DNA of 64,000 bases from an uncultured bacterium (GCA_963701085.1 OY969561.1:672001-736000), one strand, 5' to 3'; counted from the stretch's first letter, positions 49,689-59,478 are shown. The notes: generated by a model not told the origin, from the sequence alone. Made by a program: numbers and translations.

Positions 49689-49748
49689 ACCCCATTTCCA
49701 TTACATTCCAATGGGGACCCCAATTGGAGTAAGACGTAAATTGGGGAT
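49689..49748. repeat. Family-2 twin-hairpin element
   Basis: accccattt...aatgggg accccaatt...aattggggat between convergent genes; similar to 41627..41687. Confidence 0.7.
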
Positions 49749-49769
49749 AGAAAAATGTAGGTAAGAAAA

Positions 49770-51332
49770 TTAAACTTTTTCAGCAAGCAAAGCGCGTAAA
49801 ATCTTTTTATCAATTTTACCCGTCGCCGTTGCAGGAAGCTCTTTTGTATCACAATAGAATTGTCGTGGAACCTTATAAACAGCCAAATGCTGAAGGCATA
49901 AAGCCTTCAAACGCTTTTCGCAATCAGCTTCATGAGAACGAAGTTGAACAAATGCTACAGGAACTTCACCATCTTCATCGAGCCTTCCAACAACTCCCGC
50001 CCGAATAGCATTAGGATATGACAATATAACATTCTCAATTTCTTGAGGATAAATATTAAACCCTTTATGAATGATAAGATCTTTTTCACGCCCCGTGATG
50101 ACAACTCTGCCTTTAGCATCAATGTAACCCAGATCACCGGTATTCAACCAACCATTTTTAAGAATTTTATCGGTTGATTCTTGCGCATTATAATAGCCAA
50201 GCATAACATTATCGCCCTTCACCCACAAAACACCTATTTTGTCCTGCGGTAAATCAACGTCATGTTCATCACGAGCTACGCATTCAATACCAACCAATGG
50301 TCTTCCTACGTTACTTGCCGGAACTGTTTCATCATCAAGATTTGCCGAAATAACCGGCGTCGTTTCAGTAAGACCATAGCCATTAACTATTTTTCTACGG
50401 TAAATCAATCCAAAAGCTGCACGAATTTTATCAGGCATTGCATCACCACCAGAAACAAAAAGACGCACACTATTAATTGGCGCTGTTTTCATTAAACAAA
50501 TCAGTCCGTACAGTGCCGGAACACCCAAGAAAATAGTCGGTTTATGCTGCAAGCTTTCAAGAATATAACGACGTTCAATTTTAGGAACTAAAATAATAGT
50601 AATACCATAAAAAATACTCGCCCATACGCACGTGTTTTGCGCAAAACTATGGAACAAAGGCAACACACCCAAAATACGTTCATCCGCTGGTTTACCAAGT
50701 AAAGAAGCTATTTGCAACACGTTTGTCATAATATTTTTTGAACTCAGCATGACACCTTTAGGTAACCCGGTTGTGCCTGAAGTATATAATAACGCTGCCA
50801 ACTCTTCTGGCTCCAAATCTACTATTGCATCATTCACGCTTATTGACTCATCAACATCATCAATATCACGTTCCGTAACAATTGGTGGCAAAGTAACATC
50901 AGTTTTTTGGAATAATTCAACCCGATCTGATGATGTCATAATAATTGTTGGTTGTGCATCAGCTATGATGTGAGCAAGCTCTTTTTCTTTTAAAAAAGTA
51001 TTAACCGGAGCTACAATAACTCCGGCCTGCCATAATGCAAAATAACTAATATAAAACTCGGGGGAATTTTCAAAGCAGATAATGCCCCTATCACGTGGCT
51101 TGACCCCATATTGTTTAATAATTTTTGCGCTCAACGCGCAGGCTAATGCATACAACTTTTTATAGGTTATATGCTTATCGTGATAAATAAGAGCCGTTGT
51201 ATCACCGTGCTGCTCGACTGCTCTTTGTAACAATCTGCCCGCAAACATAAGTTTGCCATTCCGCAGCACTGTTTTATACAACTCATCAAATACATGCCGT
51301 TCTTTTTCTTGTATTGATTGCTTCATCATCAT
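49770..51332 (-). CDS. fadD: Long-chain-fatty-acid--CoA ligase
   Basis: YTSGTTGLPKG, GYGLTET, TGDLG, GREKDLI, TGKIDK. Confidence 0.9.
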   Translation of the reverse strand: MMMKQSIQEKERHVFDELYKTVLRNGKLMFAGRLLQRAVEQHGDTTALIYHDKHITYKKLYALACALSAKIIKQYGVKPRDRGIICFENSPEFYISYFALWQAGVIVAPVNTFLKEKELAHIIADAQPTIIMTSSDRVELFQKTDVTLPPIVTERDIDDVDESISVNDAIVDLEPEELAALLYTSGTTGLPKGVMLSSKNIMTNVLQIASLLGKPADERILGVLPLFHSFAQNTCVWASIFYGITIILVPKIERRYILESLQHKPTIFLGVPALYGLICLMKTAPINSVRLFVSGGDAMPDKIRAAFGLIYRRKIVNGYGLTETTPVISANLDDETVPASNVGRPLVGIECVARDEHDVDLPQDKIGVLWVKGDNVMLGYYNAQESTDKILKNGWLNTGDLGYIDAKGRVVITGREKDLIIHKGFNIYPQEIENVILSYPNAIRAGVVGRLDEDGEVPVAFVQLRSHEADCEKRLKALCLQHLAVYKVPRQFYCDTKELPATATGKIDKKILRALLAEKV

Positions 51333-51335
51333 AAT

Positions 51336-51521
51336 TTACTCTTCTATTTTTATAACTTGTACGGGACACTTAACAGCCGCATCTCTAATGCAGTTACCAA
51401 ACTTTTGAAAATCTACCGGGTATTTAACATGTGAAGTATCAGTCACTTCAAATACGTCTGGCGCTATAAATTGACATGAGCCACAACTAATACATCCCGG
51501 CTCTACTATTACATTTTTCAT
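51336..51521 (-). CDS. Single-cluster ferredoxin
   Basis: CISCGSC...APDVF...CPVQVI. Confidence 0.9.
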   Translation of the reverse strand: MKNVIVEPGCISCGSCQFIAPDVFEVTDTSHVKYPVDFQKFGNCIRDAAVKCPVQVIKIEE

Positions 51522-51589
51522 ACAAAACCCAAAATATCATGGTATAATTTTTTTATTATTATAGCCCATTTTAAGCAAAAAGGTAATCC

Positions 51590-52231
51590 ATGCCACAGCT
51601 AACCAAAGGAATTCTCATCGCCATTGAGGGAATTGATGGTTCAGGAAAATCAACCCTCGCCCATAATTTATCCATCACGCTGCAACAACAGGGATTTGAT
51701 ACAGTGCTCACAAAAGAGCCAGGAGCCTCTAACATAGGTAAAGAGATTCGCAAGATCATACAGGCCCAAAATATCGCGTTTTGCTCAAAAGCGGAATACT
51801 TACTCTTTGCTGCCGACCGTGCACAACATTTTGCTGAACTCGTCATCCCAAGTCTTGCACAAAAAAAATTGATCATTTCTGATCGCATGGCTGATTCATC
51901 ACTTGCATACCAAGGATACGGCAATGGACTTGATTTAGAAATGCTACGCACCATCAACAGCTGGACAATGAATAATATTGTCCCAGATCTTACCATTTTT
52001 GTTCGCGTACCCGTTGCTATTGCTCTTGAACGCGCCAAAAACCGCGGCCCATTATCTGCCTATGAAAAGCGTGAAAATTTTCTACATAATGTTGCTGCAG
52101 GATTTGAAGAGCTTTATAAAAATCGCACTGATGTTATAATAGTAGATGGAACTTTATCACAAGAATCTCTTAACACCCACGTTTGTAACGCAATTAAACA
52201 ATGGATACACACAAAAAATCTTCTTTCTTAA
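51590..52231 (+). CDS. tmk: Thymidylate kinase
   Basis: IEGIDGSGKST, KEPG, LFAADR, SDR..DSSLAYQG; upstream of holB. Confidence 0.96.
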   Translation: MPQLTKGILIAIEGIDGSGKSTLAHNLSITLQQQGFDTVLTKEPGASNIGKEIRKIIQAQNIAFCSKAEYLLFAADRAQHFAELVIPSLAQKKLIISDRMADSSLAYQGYGNGLDLEMLRTINSWTMNNIVPDLTIFVRVPVAIALERAKNRGPLSAYEKRENFLHNVAAGFEELYKNRTDVIIVDGTLSQESLNTHVCNAIKQWIHTKNLLS

Positions 52232-52953
52232 ACCACACACACCAAACAGTGCCGCCAGCGCAATTGTTAATTGGTCGGTATGACCAAATAATGCATGATG
52301 TAGAAAAATTCTTACAACACATGCTCTGTAAAAACAATGGCTGCAATACCTGCACAACCTGCATGCAGATCAGAGAAAAACAACATCATGCGCTGATGTG
52401 GCTCCATCCGGAAAAAAATTATACTCTTGATCAACTTGATGATCTGTTTGCAACGCTTTCATTCCAATTGCAACCAGATGAACTTTTTTTCTTTATTATT
52501 CAAAAAGCAGACTTTTTAACGCCTGCATGTGCTAATAAATTGCTAAAACCAATGGAAGAGCCGCCGCGTGGATATCATTTTATACTGCTGGCTGAACATG
52601 CAGAGCAGATACTGCCCACCATTCGTTCACGATGCGTTGTATATACGCTAGAAACTACAACCGCCCCACACAGCTCTCATCCACTTTTTGAAAACTTTAC
52701 CACAAAATACTCTACAAGCGCTGAATTCTCTAAAATCATCGATTCGGCAAATATTAATGAGAGAGAAAGCATCGAGCTGCTTGATCAGATAATTCGCTAC
52801 TGGCTTACAACGGATCCTACTCTCTTTTTACTCATCACCAAACTACAACAAGCCCAACTACATCCACCCATGCCGGGAAGCACAACAATCTTTTGGCGCA
52901 ACTTGTATTTACAATTGTACAAAGATTTAAACACCATTCTGCGTGACATTTAA
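52201..52953 (+). CDS. holB: DNA polymerase III delta' subunit (short form)
   Basis: C..C..C zinc motif, ANKLLKPMEEPP, ILPTIRSRC; tmk-holB synteny. Confidence 0.88.
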   Translation: MDTHKKSSFLNHTHQTVPPAQLLIGRYDQIMHDVEKFLQHMLCKNNGCNTCTTCMQIREKQHHALMWLHPEKNYTLDQLDDLFATLSFQLQPDELFFFIIQKADFLTPACANKLLKPMEEPPRGYHFILLAEHAEQILPTIRSRCVVYTLETTTAPHSSHPLFENFTTKYSTSAEFSKIIDSANINERESIELLDQIIRYWLTTDPTLFLLITKLQQAQLHPPMPGSTTIFWRNLYLQLYKDLNTILRDI

Positions 52954-53038
52954 GCGGTTCAATAGTATTATTGCCCAAACATAAACACACGCATGGATTT
53001 TTAAATACAAAAAATTCATACAAAAAAAAGGGCCTTTC

Positions 53039-53773
53039 ATGAATACAAAGCACCTGTTATTATTCGCTTTCTGCGCAGCAGCACCATTCACCTCACACGC
53101 CATGGAAAACCATAAACAACTCAACCGAGGAATTTTAATTGCCATTGAAGGAATTGATGGTTCTGGAAAAACAACACTCGCTCAATCAGTAAATGCTACA
53201 TTAGCGCAACAAGGATTTGACACAGTGCTCACCAGAGAACCGGGTGACTCTGCATTAGGCAAAGAAATTCGTGAGCTTATACAGACCCAAACAATGCCAA
53301 TTTCACCTAAAGCAGAATTTCTACTTTTTGCCGCTGACCGTGCACAACATTTTCACGAACTCGTTATCCCCGCACTAGAAGAAAAGAAATTAGTCATTTC
53401 CGATCGCCTTGCAGATTCATCACTTGCCTACCAAGGATATGGCCGCGGGCTTTTTATTCCAACATTACGTATCATTAATTCATTTGCCATGAATACTCTT
53501 GAAGAAAAATATATTAATCCATATACCCCGGATATTACCATCTTTGTCCGTGTTCCAGTAAAAGTTGCTCTTGAACGGTGTAAAAAGCGCTCTTCTCTTT
53601 CTATTTTTGAACAAGAAAAATTCTTAGAATCCGTAGCACTGGGATTTGAAGAAATATATAAAAGTTGCATTGATTATGTCGCTGTTGATGGCACTACATC
53701 ACCAGAAGAGCTCACCACACAAGTATGTAATAAAATACAAGACTGGATAGAAGCACAAAAACTTCTTTCTTAA
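53039..53773 (+). CDS. tmk: Second thymidylate kinase with an N-terminal signal peptide
   Basis: MNTKHLLLFAFCAAAPFTSHA-ME, then a close paralog of 51590..52231 with all motifs intact. Confidence 0.9.
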   Translation: MNTKHLLLFAFCAAAPFTSHAMENHKQLNRGILIAIEGIDGSGKTTLAQSVNATLAQQGFDTVLTREPGDSALGKEIRELIQTQTMPISPKAEFLLFAADRAQHFHELVIPALEEKKLVISDRLADSSLAYQGYGRGLFIPTLRIINSFAMNTLEEKYINPYTPDITIFVRVPVKVALERCKKRSSLSIFEQEKFLESVALGFEEIYKSCIDYVAVDGTTSPEELTTQVCNKIQDWIEAQKLLS

Positions 53774-53790
53774 GCAAAAAAGCTATTAAC

Positions 53791-53832
53791 AAAAAGGCAT
53801 TCGAAAGTTATATTGCTTTCGAATGCCTTTTT
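53791..53832. terminator. Bidirectional intrinsic terminator
   Basis: aaaaaggcattcgaaag...ctttcgaatgccttttt. Confidence 0.85.
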
Positions 53833-53850
53833 AAAGAACAATATTTTATC

Positions 53851-54132
53851 TCATGACGATGTCTCATAAAACAAATCTTGCACTGTTGGCGAATAGCTTT
53901 GTTCCGAAAGACTTAATTTAAATATATCACCAGGTGATTCTTGCTGTTGTTCTTTAATAAAAAATTTACCTGATCCTGCTATTGGTATCGGCTTACTACG
54001 AATCCTTTTTAATACGACAAACTTTGTCAACACCTCTTTTTTTGCTCCTTTACTTCTCTTTTGCACATGAGTGTCCATCGCCATTATCATGACCGACTGT
54101 ATAAACAACAAACAAACCACATACTTATTCAT
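53851..54132 (-). CDS. Small exported basic hypothetical protein
   Basis: GGAGG SD; signal peptide MNKYVVCLLFIQSVMIMA-MD. Confidence 0.7.
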   Translation of the reverse strand: MNKYVVCLLFIQSVMIMAMDTHVQKRSKGAKKEVLTKFVVLKRIRSKPIPIAGSGKFFIKEQQQESPGDIFKLSLSEQSYSPTVQDLFYETSS

Positions 54133-54286
54133 AACCCCTCCCTTGGATAAAAAAATATTAATCACCTCAATTATTAGCGGTAATCATACAAAAAAAACAA
54201 GAACATAGACAAAAAACTGTACGCTCATTATCTTTAAAGTTACTCATTTCCCCTACACAACTATGTTGCATCAAGGATTTTGTATC

Positions 54287-54715
54287 ATGGCTATTGATTT
54301 AAAAGAACTCTTACATGTGCTCATCAATCCAGAGAAAAACTGGAAAACTGATCTTTTATATCGATGGAATGATATTATTGGGTCACTCAACAGCAAAGTA
54401 CGTATTGAAAAAATCTATGACGACACTCTTATCTTAGGAGTTTTTCACTCCTGCTGGATGCAAGAGCTTTATCTTCTGTCACCGCTCCTTATAAAAACAA
54501 TCAATGAAAAGCTAGACCAACCTTACATCAAAGAGATACGCTTTAAACACGTTGGTTTAAAAAATCTCAAAAAAAATATCTCAACGCCAACTGCGGTAAA
54601 AAAAAAGAAAGAAATTATATTAACCAAAGAAGATGAACGCACTCTTGCAAAAATTGCTGACCCTGCATTACGTAACGTGCTCAAAGCATTTCGCATGCGG
54701 TGCTACCAGGAGTAG
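54287..54715 (+). CDS. DUF721/DciA family protein
   Basis: WNDIIG...[19 protein letters not shown]...IKTINEKL...IKEIRF. Confidence 0.8.
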   Translation: MAIDLKELLHVLINPEKNWKTDLLYRWNDIIGSLNSKVRIEKIYDDTLILGVFHSCWMQELYLLSPLLIKTINEKLDQPYIKEIRFKHVGLKNLKKNISTPTAVKKKKEIILTKEDERTLAKIADPALRNVLKAFRMRCYQE

Positions 54716-54719
54716 TACA

Positions 54720-56360
54720 ATGGAAACGAATGTTCTATGCTATGTGCTATGCTTTCTCACCACGGGATACATTGCTGCTGATAATGCAACAACATATCAT
54801 CGTTATTTTATGGCAAATTATAATCATTCTGCAGGCAACATCCCTCATGCGCAAGACTGGTACACAAAACTTTTTTCTACAAACAACTCTGTGTATAGCT
54901 ATAAAGGGTATCTCAATTTTCTCACCGATACAAAACAGTTCAAACAAATTACAGAACTCATCCCAACACTGGAAAAAAAATTTAGCAATGATCCCGATAT
55001 TCAACTGATTTTTGCCAATGCTCTAGAAAAAACCAAGCACATTAAACAAGCTGATAATCTTATCATCACACTCAGCCAATCATTTAAAACACATTCAGAA
55101 ATTGCATTCCGTGCAGCACAAACCCATATCCGCAGACAGGAACCAGAAAATGCCCTACTCACCATCAATGCCTTTCTCAATAATACACCACGCAGACCAA
55201 ACAATTTTGTTTTTTATTTTTTAAAGACACAAATATATATGCAACTCGCTCAATTCAGCCAAGCATTAGAAAGCATCAAAAAATGCTTAGAAATGCACCC
55301 ACAATTTGATAAAGGCTGGCTTCTATGCGCGTCATTGTATGAAAAAGAAGGCAAAATAAAAGAAGCTCTCACGGGATACACTACGTTCTTAGAACTATCT
55401 GGCGGTAATAAAGAAATAGAAAAACATCTTTTCTCCCTCATGCTCAAATACAAAGCACTTGAAGATAACAAGCACATTTTATTATCACACACCATCAGCA
55501 TTGATAACGCACTTATTTTATTTCAGCAACAACGCTATCCACAAGCACTAGCGCACATCAATAGTTGCATAGAACAGCAACCCACTAACAATGAATGCAA
55601 ATTACTCAAAATACAAATTTTATCCGCTATGAAAGATTTTAACCAAGCAGCACAAGTAATCACTGCATGGATTCTTGCGCAACCCGAAAATGATATATGG
55701 CCAAAATCACTCTGTCTTCTTGCTCACAACGGCATGCCACGCTCACGAATCATTGACGTTTTCAACAGCATACTCAAAAAAACAGCTGATAATCTTTGGT
55801 GCAATATCTACTGCGCTGATATGTGCATGCGTGATGCGCACAATGATCATGCAATGCTCTGTCTTACCAACGCATTACCATGCAACATGACCGATGCAAT
55901 CAGAACAAAAACATTATATCAACTTGCGTTACTCCATTATGAACAAGACAATCACCACGCAATGCGTACTCATCTTGAAAGTGCTTACGCGCTTAATCAA
56001 CACCACCCTCACATCAACAACTCACTCGCGTATTATTGGGCAACAAAAGGAAAAGATACAACCCAAGCATATTCTTTTATTGAAAAAGCACTGAAAACCG
56101 ATCCCACAAACCCCTACTTTTTGGACACGCAAGCGGTTATTTTATATAAAGAAAAAAAATACAAGCAAGCACAAGATATTCTTGAAAAACTTGCTCATCT
56201 CAACAATGGAACAATGTTACTCCATCTCGCAAAAGTGAACTATGCTTTGAATAATAAAGAAAATGCTGATATCTTTACTCAAAAAGCTCAGCCATTAGTA
56301 AAAAACAATCACGAAAAAAAAGCTCTCAAAAAGATGCAACTCTTATTAACACACGCATGA
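54720..56360 (+). CDS. Tetratricopeptide-repeat protein (exported)
   Basis: Many TPR helices; NNSLAYYWA...[15 protein letters not shown]; start placed at METNVL. Confidence 0.85.
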   Translation: METNVLCYVLCFLTTGYIAADNATTYHRYFMANYNHSAGNIPHAQDWYTKLFSTNNSVYSYKGYLNFLTDTKQFKQITELIPTLEKKFSNDPDIQLIFANALEKTKHIKQADNLIITLSQSFKTHSEIAFRAAQTHIRRQEPENALLTINAFLNNTPRRPNNFVFYFLKTQIYMQLAQFSQALESIKKCLEMHPQFDKGWLLCASLYEKEGKIKEALTGYTTFLELSGGNKEIEKHLFSLMLKYKALEDNKHILLSHTISIDNALILFQQQRYPQALAHINSCIEQQPTNNECKLLKIQILSAMKDFNQAAQVITAWILAQPENDIWPKSLCLLAHNGMPRSRIIDVFNSILKKTADNLWCNIYCADMCMRDAHNDHAMLCLTNALPCNMTDAIRTKTLYQLALLHYEQDNHHAMRTHLESAYALNQHHPHINNSLAYYWATKGKDTTQAYSFIEKALKTDPTNPYFLDTQAVILYKEKKYKQAQDILEKLAHLNNGTMLLHLAKVNYALNNKENADIFTQKAQPLVKNNHEKKALKKMQLLLTHA

Positions 56361-57445
56361 ATACAAAAACAATCTGTTGCGTTGCAGGAAAATCTGGCGG
56401 ACATATTATCCCCTGCCTAACCATTGCACGCAATAACAACGCAAACAAAGCAAATATTCTCTTTTTTTCTGCAAACACACCACTCGATAAAACCATCTTA
56501 TCAAACAACAGCATGGTTTCATGGCATATTATGCTGCCACTGAGTAGCCGTGCAGGATCGATAATTAAAACTATCTGGCATGCAGCGTGCTCATTCATGA
56601 TCAGCTTTTTTTATTTGTGTAAACATAGACCGACAGAAATTATCACCACTGGTGGCATTGTTACAATACCAACCTGCGTTGCAGGATTTATATTACGCAT
56701 CCCCATCACTCTCTATTCACTTGATGCAGTGCCTGGTAAAGCAATACAAGCGCTGACACCACTAGCAACATCAATTGTCACGCCGTTTGCAACATCACAA
56801 GAATATTTTCCTGCGCATAAATGTTCTGTTGCACCATATCCTATTAAATATCACACATCATCAATTGATCAAATTGCCGCGCTTACTCAATTACAATTAT
56901 CGCCACACAAAAAAACCCTGTTAATCCTTGGCGGTTCACAAGGATCACTATTTTTGAATGAGTGTATGAAGCACTGGATACATGATTCATCTTTTATGCC
57001 AAAAAACATTCAAATTATTCATCAAACAGGATCCATTGATGATACTGATTGGAAACAACTCTATGCATCTAAAAGTGTCACCGCGCATGTGTTCAGTTAT
57101 TATCCTGATCTTGCATTGATGTATGCAGCTGCAGATCTTATTATATGCCGCGCGGGAGCGGGAACATTATTTGAAATCAAATTTTTTAACAAACCATGCA
57201 TTATCATTCCACTCATGACTAACACCACCACGCATCAAGTTGATAATGCTCGGGCAATGGTATCTGAGTATCCAGAGCTGTTTTGCACACTTGCACAGGA
57301 TGATATTGAAAAAGATCCAACTATGTTATTTATGCGTATTGAGGAAATAATAAATTCTATGAATCAAGATTATCTACAAGCGTTAGAATCAACATTGAGT
57401 GAATGGAACTCAGAAAATGATGAGGACGCATACAAGGATCTATAA
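56357..57445 (+). CDS. murG: UDP-GlcNAc:lipid I N-acetylglucosamine transferase
   Basis: [42 protein letters not shown]. Confidence 0.93.
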   Translation: MNTKTICCVAGKSGGHIIPCLTIARNNNANKANILFFSANTPLDKTILSNNSMVSWHIMLPLSSRAGSIIKTIWHAACSFMISFFYLCKHRPTEIITTGGIVTIPTCVAGFILRIPITLYSLDAVPGKAIQALTPLATSIVTPFATSQEYFPAHKCSVAPYPIKYHTSSIDQIAALTQLQLSPHKKTLLILGGSQGSLFLNECMKHWIHDSSFMPKNIQIIHQTGSIDDTDWKQLYASKSVTAHVFSYYPDLALMYAAADLIICRAGAGTLFEIKFFNKPCIIIPLMTNTTTHQVDNARAMVSEYPELFCTLAQDDIEKDPTMLFMRIEEIINSMNQDYLQALESTLSEWNSENDEDAYKDL

Positions 57446-57466
57446 ACCATTGGATCAGCTCCTCAT

Positions 57467-57556
57467 GCGCTCATCCTGACCCTTCGGCAAGCTCAGGAGT
57501 AAACACCCGCCTGGCCTCCGAAGCCTCGGCGAAGGACGGCTTGAAGGATTAAGCGC
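57467..57556. repeat. Composite REP-like element, family 1 with nested hairpins (copy C)
   Basis: gcgctcatcctga-[cccttcggcaagctcagg...cctccgaagcctcggcgaagga]-ttgaaggattaagcgc. Confidence 0.7.
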
Positions 57557-57571
57557 ACAAAATTATTGGAT

Positions 57572-57610
57572 AAAAAATAGCGCCAACTTTTTAATTTGAC
57601 GCCATTTTTT
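57572..57610 (-). terminator. Intrinsic terminator after the immunity-like genes
   Basis: Minus strand tggcgtcaa...ttggcgcta followed by a T-run. Confidence 0.55.
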
Positions 57611-57954
57611 TATAATTCACGTTTTTTCCACCACTCATCAGTCCAAAATTCCTGTGGCACCTTTTTCTTATCCTCTTCATCAGGACTTTCTAAACCATAT
57701 TCTTCTTCTAAAATAGCGTACCATTTTTTACGTACCGATATTGGTAATTTTTTACCGCAAAACATGCAATAATCCATTAACATACCTCCTCTTTCAAGAA
57801 GATCTACTCCATGTTCACGATATTGTTTATCATAATATAAAATAGCTCCTTCTTTGGATAATCCAGCATCCATTGTTAAACAACAATAAGGGCCTTTATA
57901 ATTGCGTCTTTTTTCTTCAACTCTTTCATGTATTTTTTTAAGCCAATCTTCCAT
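57610..57954 (-). CDS. Putative immunity protein (DUF6980-like), copy 2
   Basis: CCLTM...REHG...MDYCMFCGKKLP.SVR..W...PQEFWTDEWW; paralog of 57956..58309. Confidence 0.8.
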   Translation of the reverse strand: MEDWLKKIHERVEEKRRNYKGPYCCLTMDAGLSKEGAILYYDKQYREHGVDLLERGGMLMDYCMFCGKKLPISVRKKWYAILEEEYGLESPDEEDKKKVPQEFWTDEWWKKREL

Positions 57955-57955
57955 C

Positions 57956-58309
57956 CTATAATCCCCGCTTTTTCCACCATTCATCAGTCCAAAATTCTTG
58001 TGGCACTTTCTTTTTATCTTTACTGTCTGGCCATTCTAATCCATATTCTTTTTCTAAAATACCAAACCATTCACTACGTACCGACTTTGGTAATTTTTTG
58101 CCACAAAACATACAATAGTCCATGAGCATTCCACCTGTCGATTTAGGAATCTTAACTCCATATTCACGAAATCGTAAACTATAATATAAAAGTGCGTCAC
58201 CCCTAGCTAATTCCGCATCCATTGTTAAACAACAGTGAGGACCTTTATAGTTACGTCTCTCTTCTTCAACTTTTTCATATATTTTTTTTAATAACTCTTC
58301 ATTATCCAT
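57956..58309 (-). CDS. Putative cognate immunity protein (DUF6980-like), copy 1
   Basis: Starts 2 nt after the toxin stop; CC and CxxC motifs. Confidence 0.8.
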   Translation of the reverse strand: MDNEELLKKIYEKVEEERRNYKGPHCCLTMDAELARGDALLYYSLRFREYGVKIPKSTGGMLMDYCMFCGKKLPKSVRSEWFGILEKEYGLEWPDSKDKKKVPQEFWTDEWWKKRGL

Positions 58310-58311
58310 AA

Positions 58312-59478
58312 TTATCCTCTTTCTAATAGCCGGCGCACCGTCCTCATCCCTTGTTCTGTTTTTTCTATATTTAAAGTTCCATCAAAATTTGCAACATACT
58401 TCCACTCAAGATCCTTACCAAATACCTCAAGATGATCATTGTGTAATGCATCAACAACAACATAATGACCTTTTTTCAAACCATCACAACCTTTTATATT
58501 TTCAAGTACTGCAAAAGCACGTTTACCTTGATTTACATAAATGGACCGTTCTAATTTACCTTTTTGTTCAAATTTTTTTACCCAATCTTCCGTGCGATGA
58601 TATTTTGGACCATCGTAGCGTTTATTTTCATCACAATCAGTTTGTGTTGTTGCAGCATTATGCAACCCTGGTTTTTCCACTTCAATAGGAAATTCACAAC
58701 CTTTATCAAGACTATTTTTAGGTATTTCATGAACCAATTTAATAGGAAGATCTTGTTTTCCTGCCTTGATATCACACACAACAGGAACATCTGATACCGG
58801 TTGATAGCAACCACCATATTGTGTTCCATTGATTGTAGCATCACGGGAAAAACATCCATCATGTCGAGACTCATGTTTACGAGCTCTTCTATGTTTGCAA
58901 AACATCACACAACCAAGAATACTGAATGCCACTACTTGACCAACTGCAACAGCAACTGCAGCTGGTGGGCATGAAACAGCTAATGTTGCTGTGATAACTC
59001 CTGTAGAAACTGGATCAATATTATGCGCAATAATTTCATACGGAGTTACACAAAAAATATGGCTTGTTTCAACAGAAAAGGTATGCATTGTTTGCTGTTT
59101 ATGCACCGTTTCAACTGCATCAACACAAACAATATTCCCGTTACCACACAACAACTGTTCTGATACGTTTAACGCATATGCGCTAACCCAGTCATTTCTA
59201 TCACATGAATAAAATTTTTGATCTGAAGCTGCACAAACACAAATATCTTTAATTTGGATTCTAATAAAACAGTCAGCCACATAACTCATAGTACGAGTAA
59301 TAGAATATGGCTGCAATTGACCTCCATCAGCGACCACCACAACATTATTACCAACTCTAAACTGCTCAATGGGTTTAAGACCATGCTCATATCTGACTAA
59401 TGTACGTTCAGCAAATCCATCCGGTTGCAATAACCCTATCCATAACAATAAGTTTAATAATGCCAGTTTTTGCTTCAT
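58312..59478 (-). CDS. Polymorphic toxin: signal peptide, Hint domain, hydrophobic helix, C-terminal RNase-like domain
   Basis: GFAERTLV...GLKPIEQFRVG (Hint N-block); MHTFSVETSHIFCV...IIAHN (Hint C-block); C-terminal VDALHNDHLEVF...VANFDGTLN.EKT. Confidence 0.85.
   Translation of the reverse strand: MKQKLALLNLLLWIGLLQPDGFAERTLVRYEHGLKPIEQFRVGNNVVVVADGGQLQPYSITRTMSYVADCFIRIQIKDICVCAASDQKFYSCDRNDWVSAYALNVSEQLLCGNGNIVCVDAVETVHKQQTMHTFSVETSHIFCVTPYEIIAHNIDPVSTGVITATLAVSCPPAAVAVAVGQVVAFSILGCVMFCKHRRARKHESRHDGCFSRDATINGTQYGGCYQPVSDVPVVCDIKAGKQDLPIKLVHEIPKNSLDKGCEFPIEVEKPGLHNAATTQTDCDENKRYDGPKYHRTEDWVKKFEQKGKLERSIYVNQGKRAFAVLENIKGCDGLKKGHYVVVDALHNDHLEVFGKDLEWKYVANFDGTLNIEKTEQGMRTVRRLLERG

Noticed and set aside
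51571-53783. ttaagcaaaaa direct repeat around tmk-holB-tmk2
   Set aside because: Low-complexity AT-rich word expected by chance.
59020-59418. Classical self-splicing intein
   Set aside because: No N-terminal Cys/Ser, the residue after His-Asn is Ile, no homing endonuclease, and the host is not a conserved enzyme; treated as a toxin-associated Hint domain.
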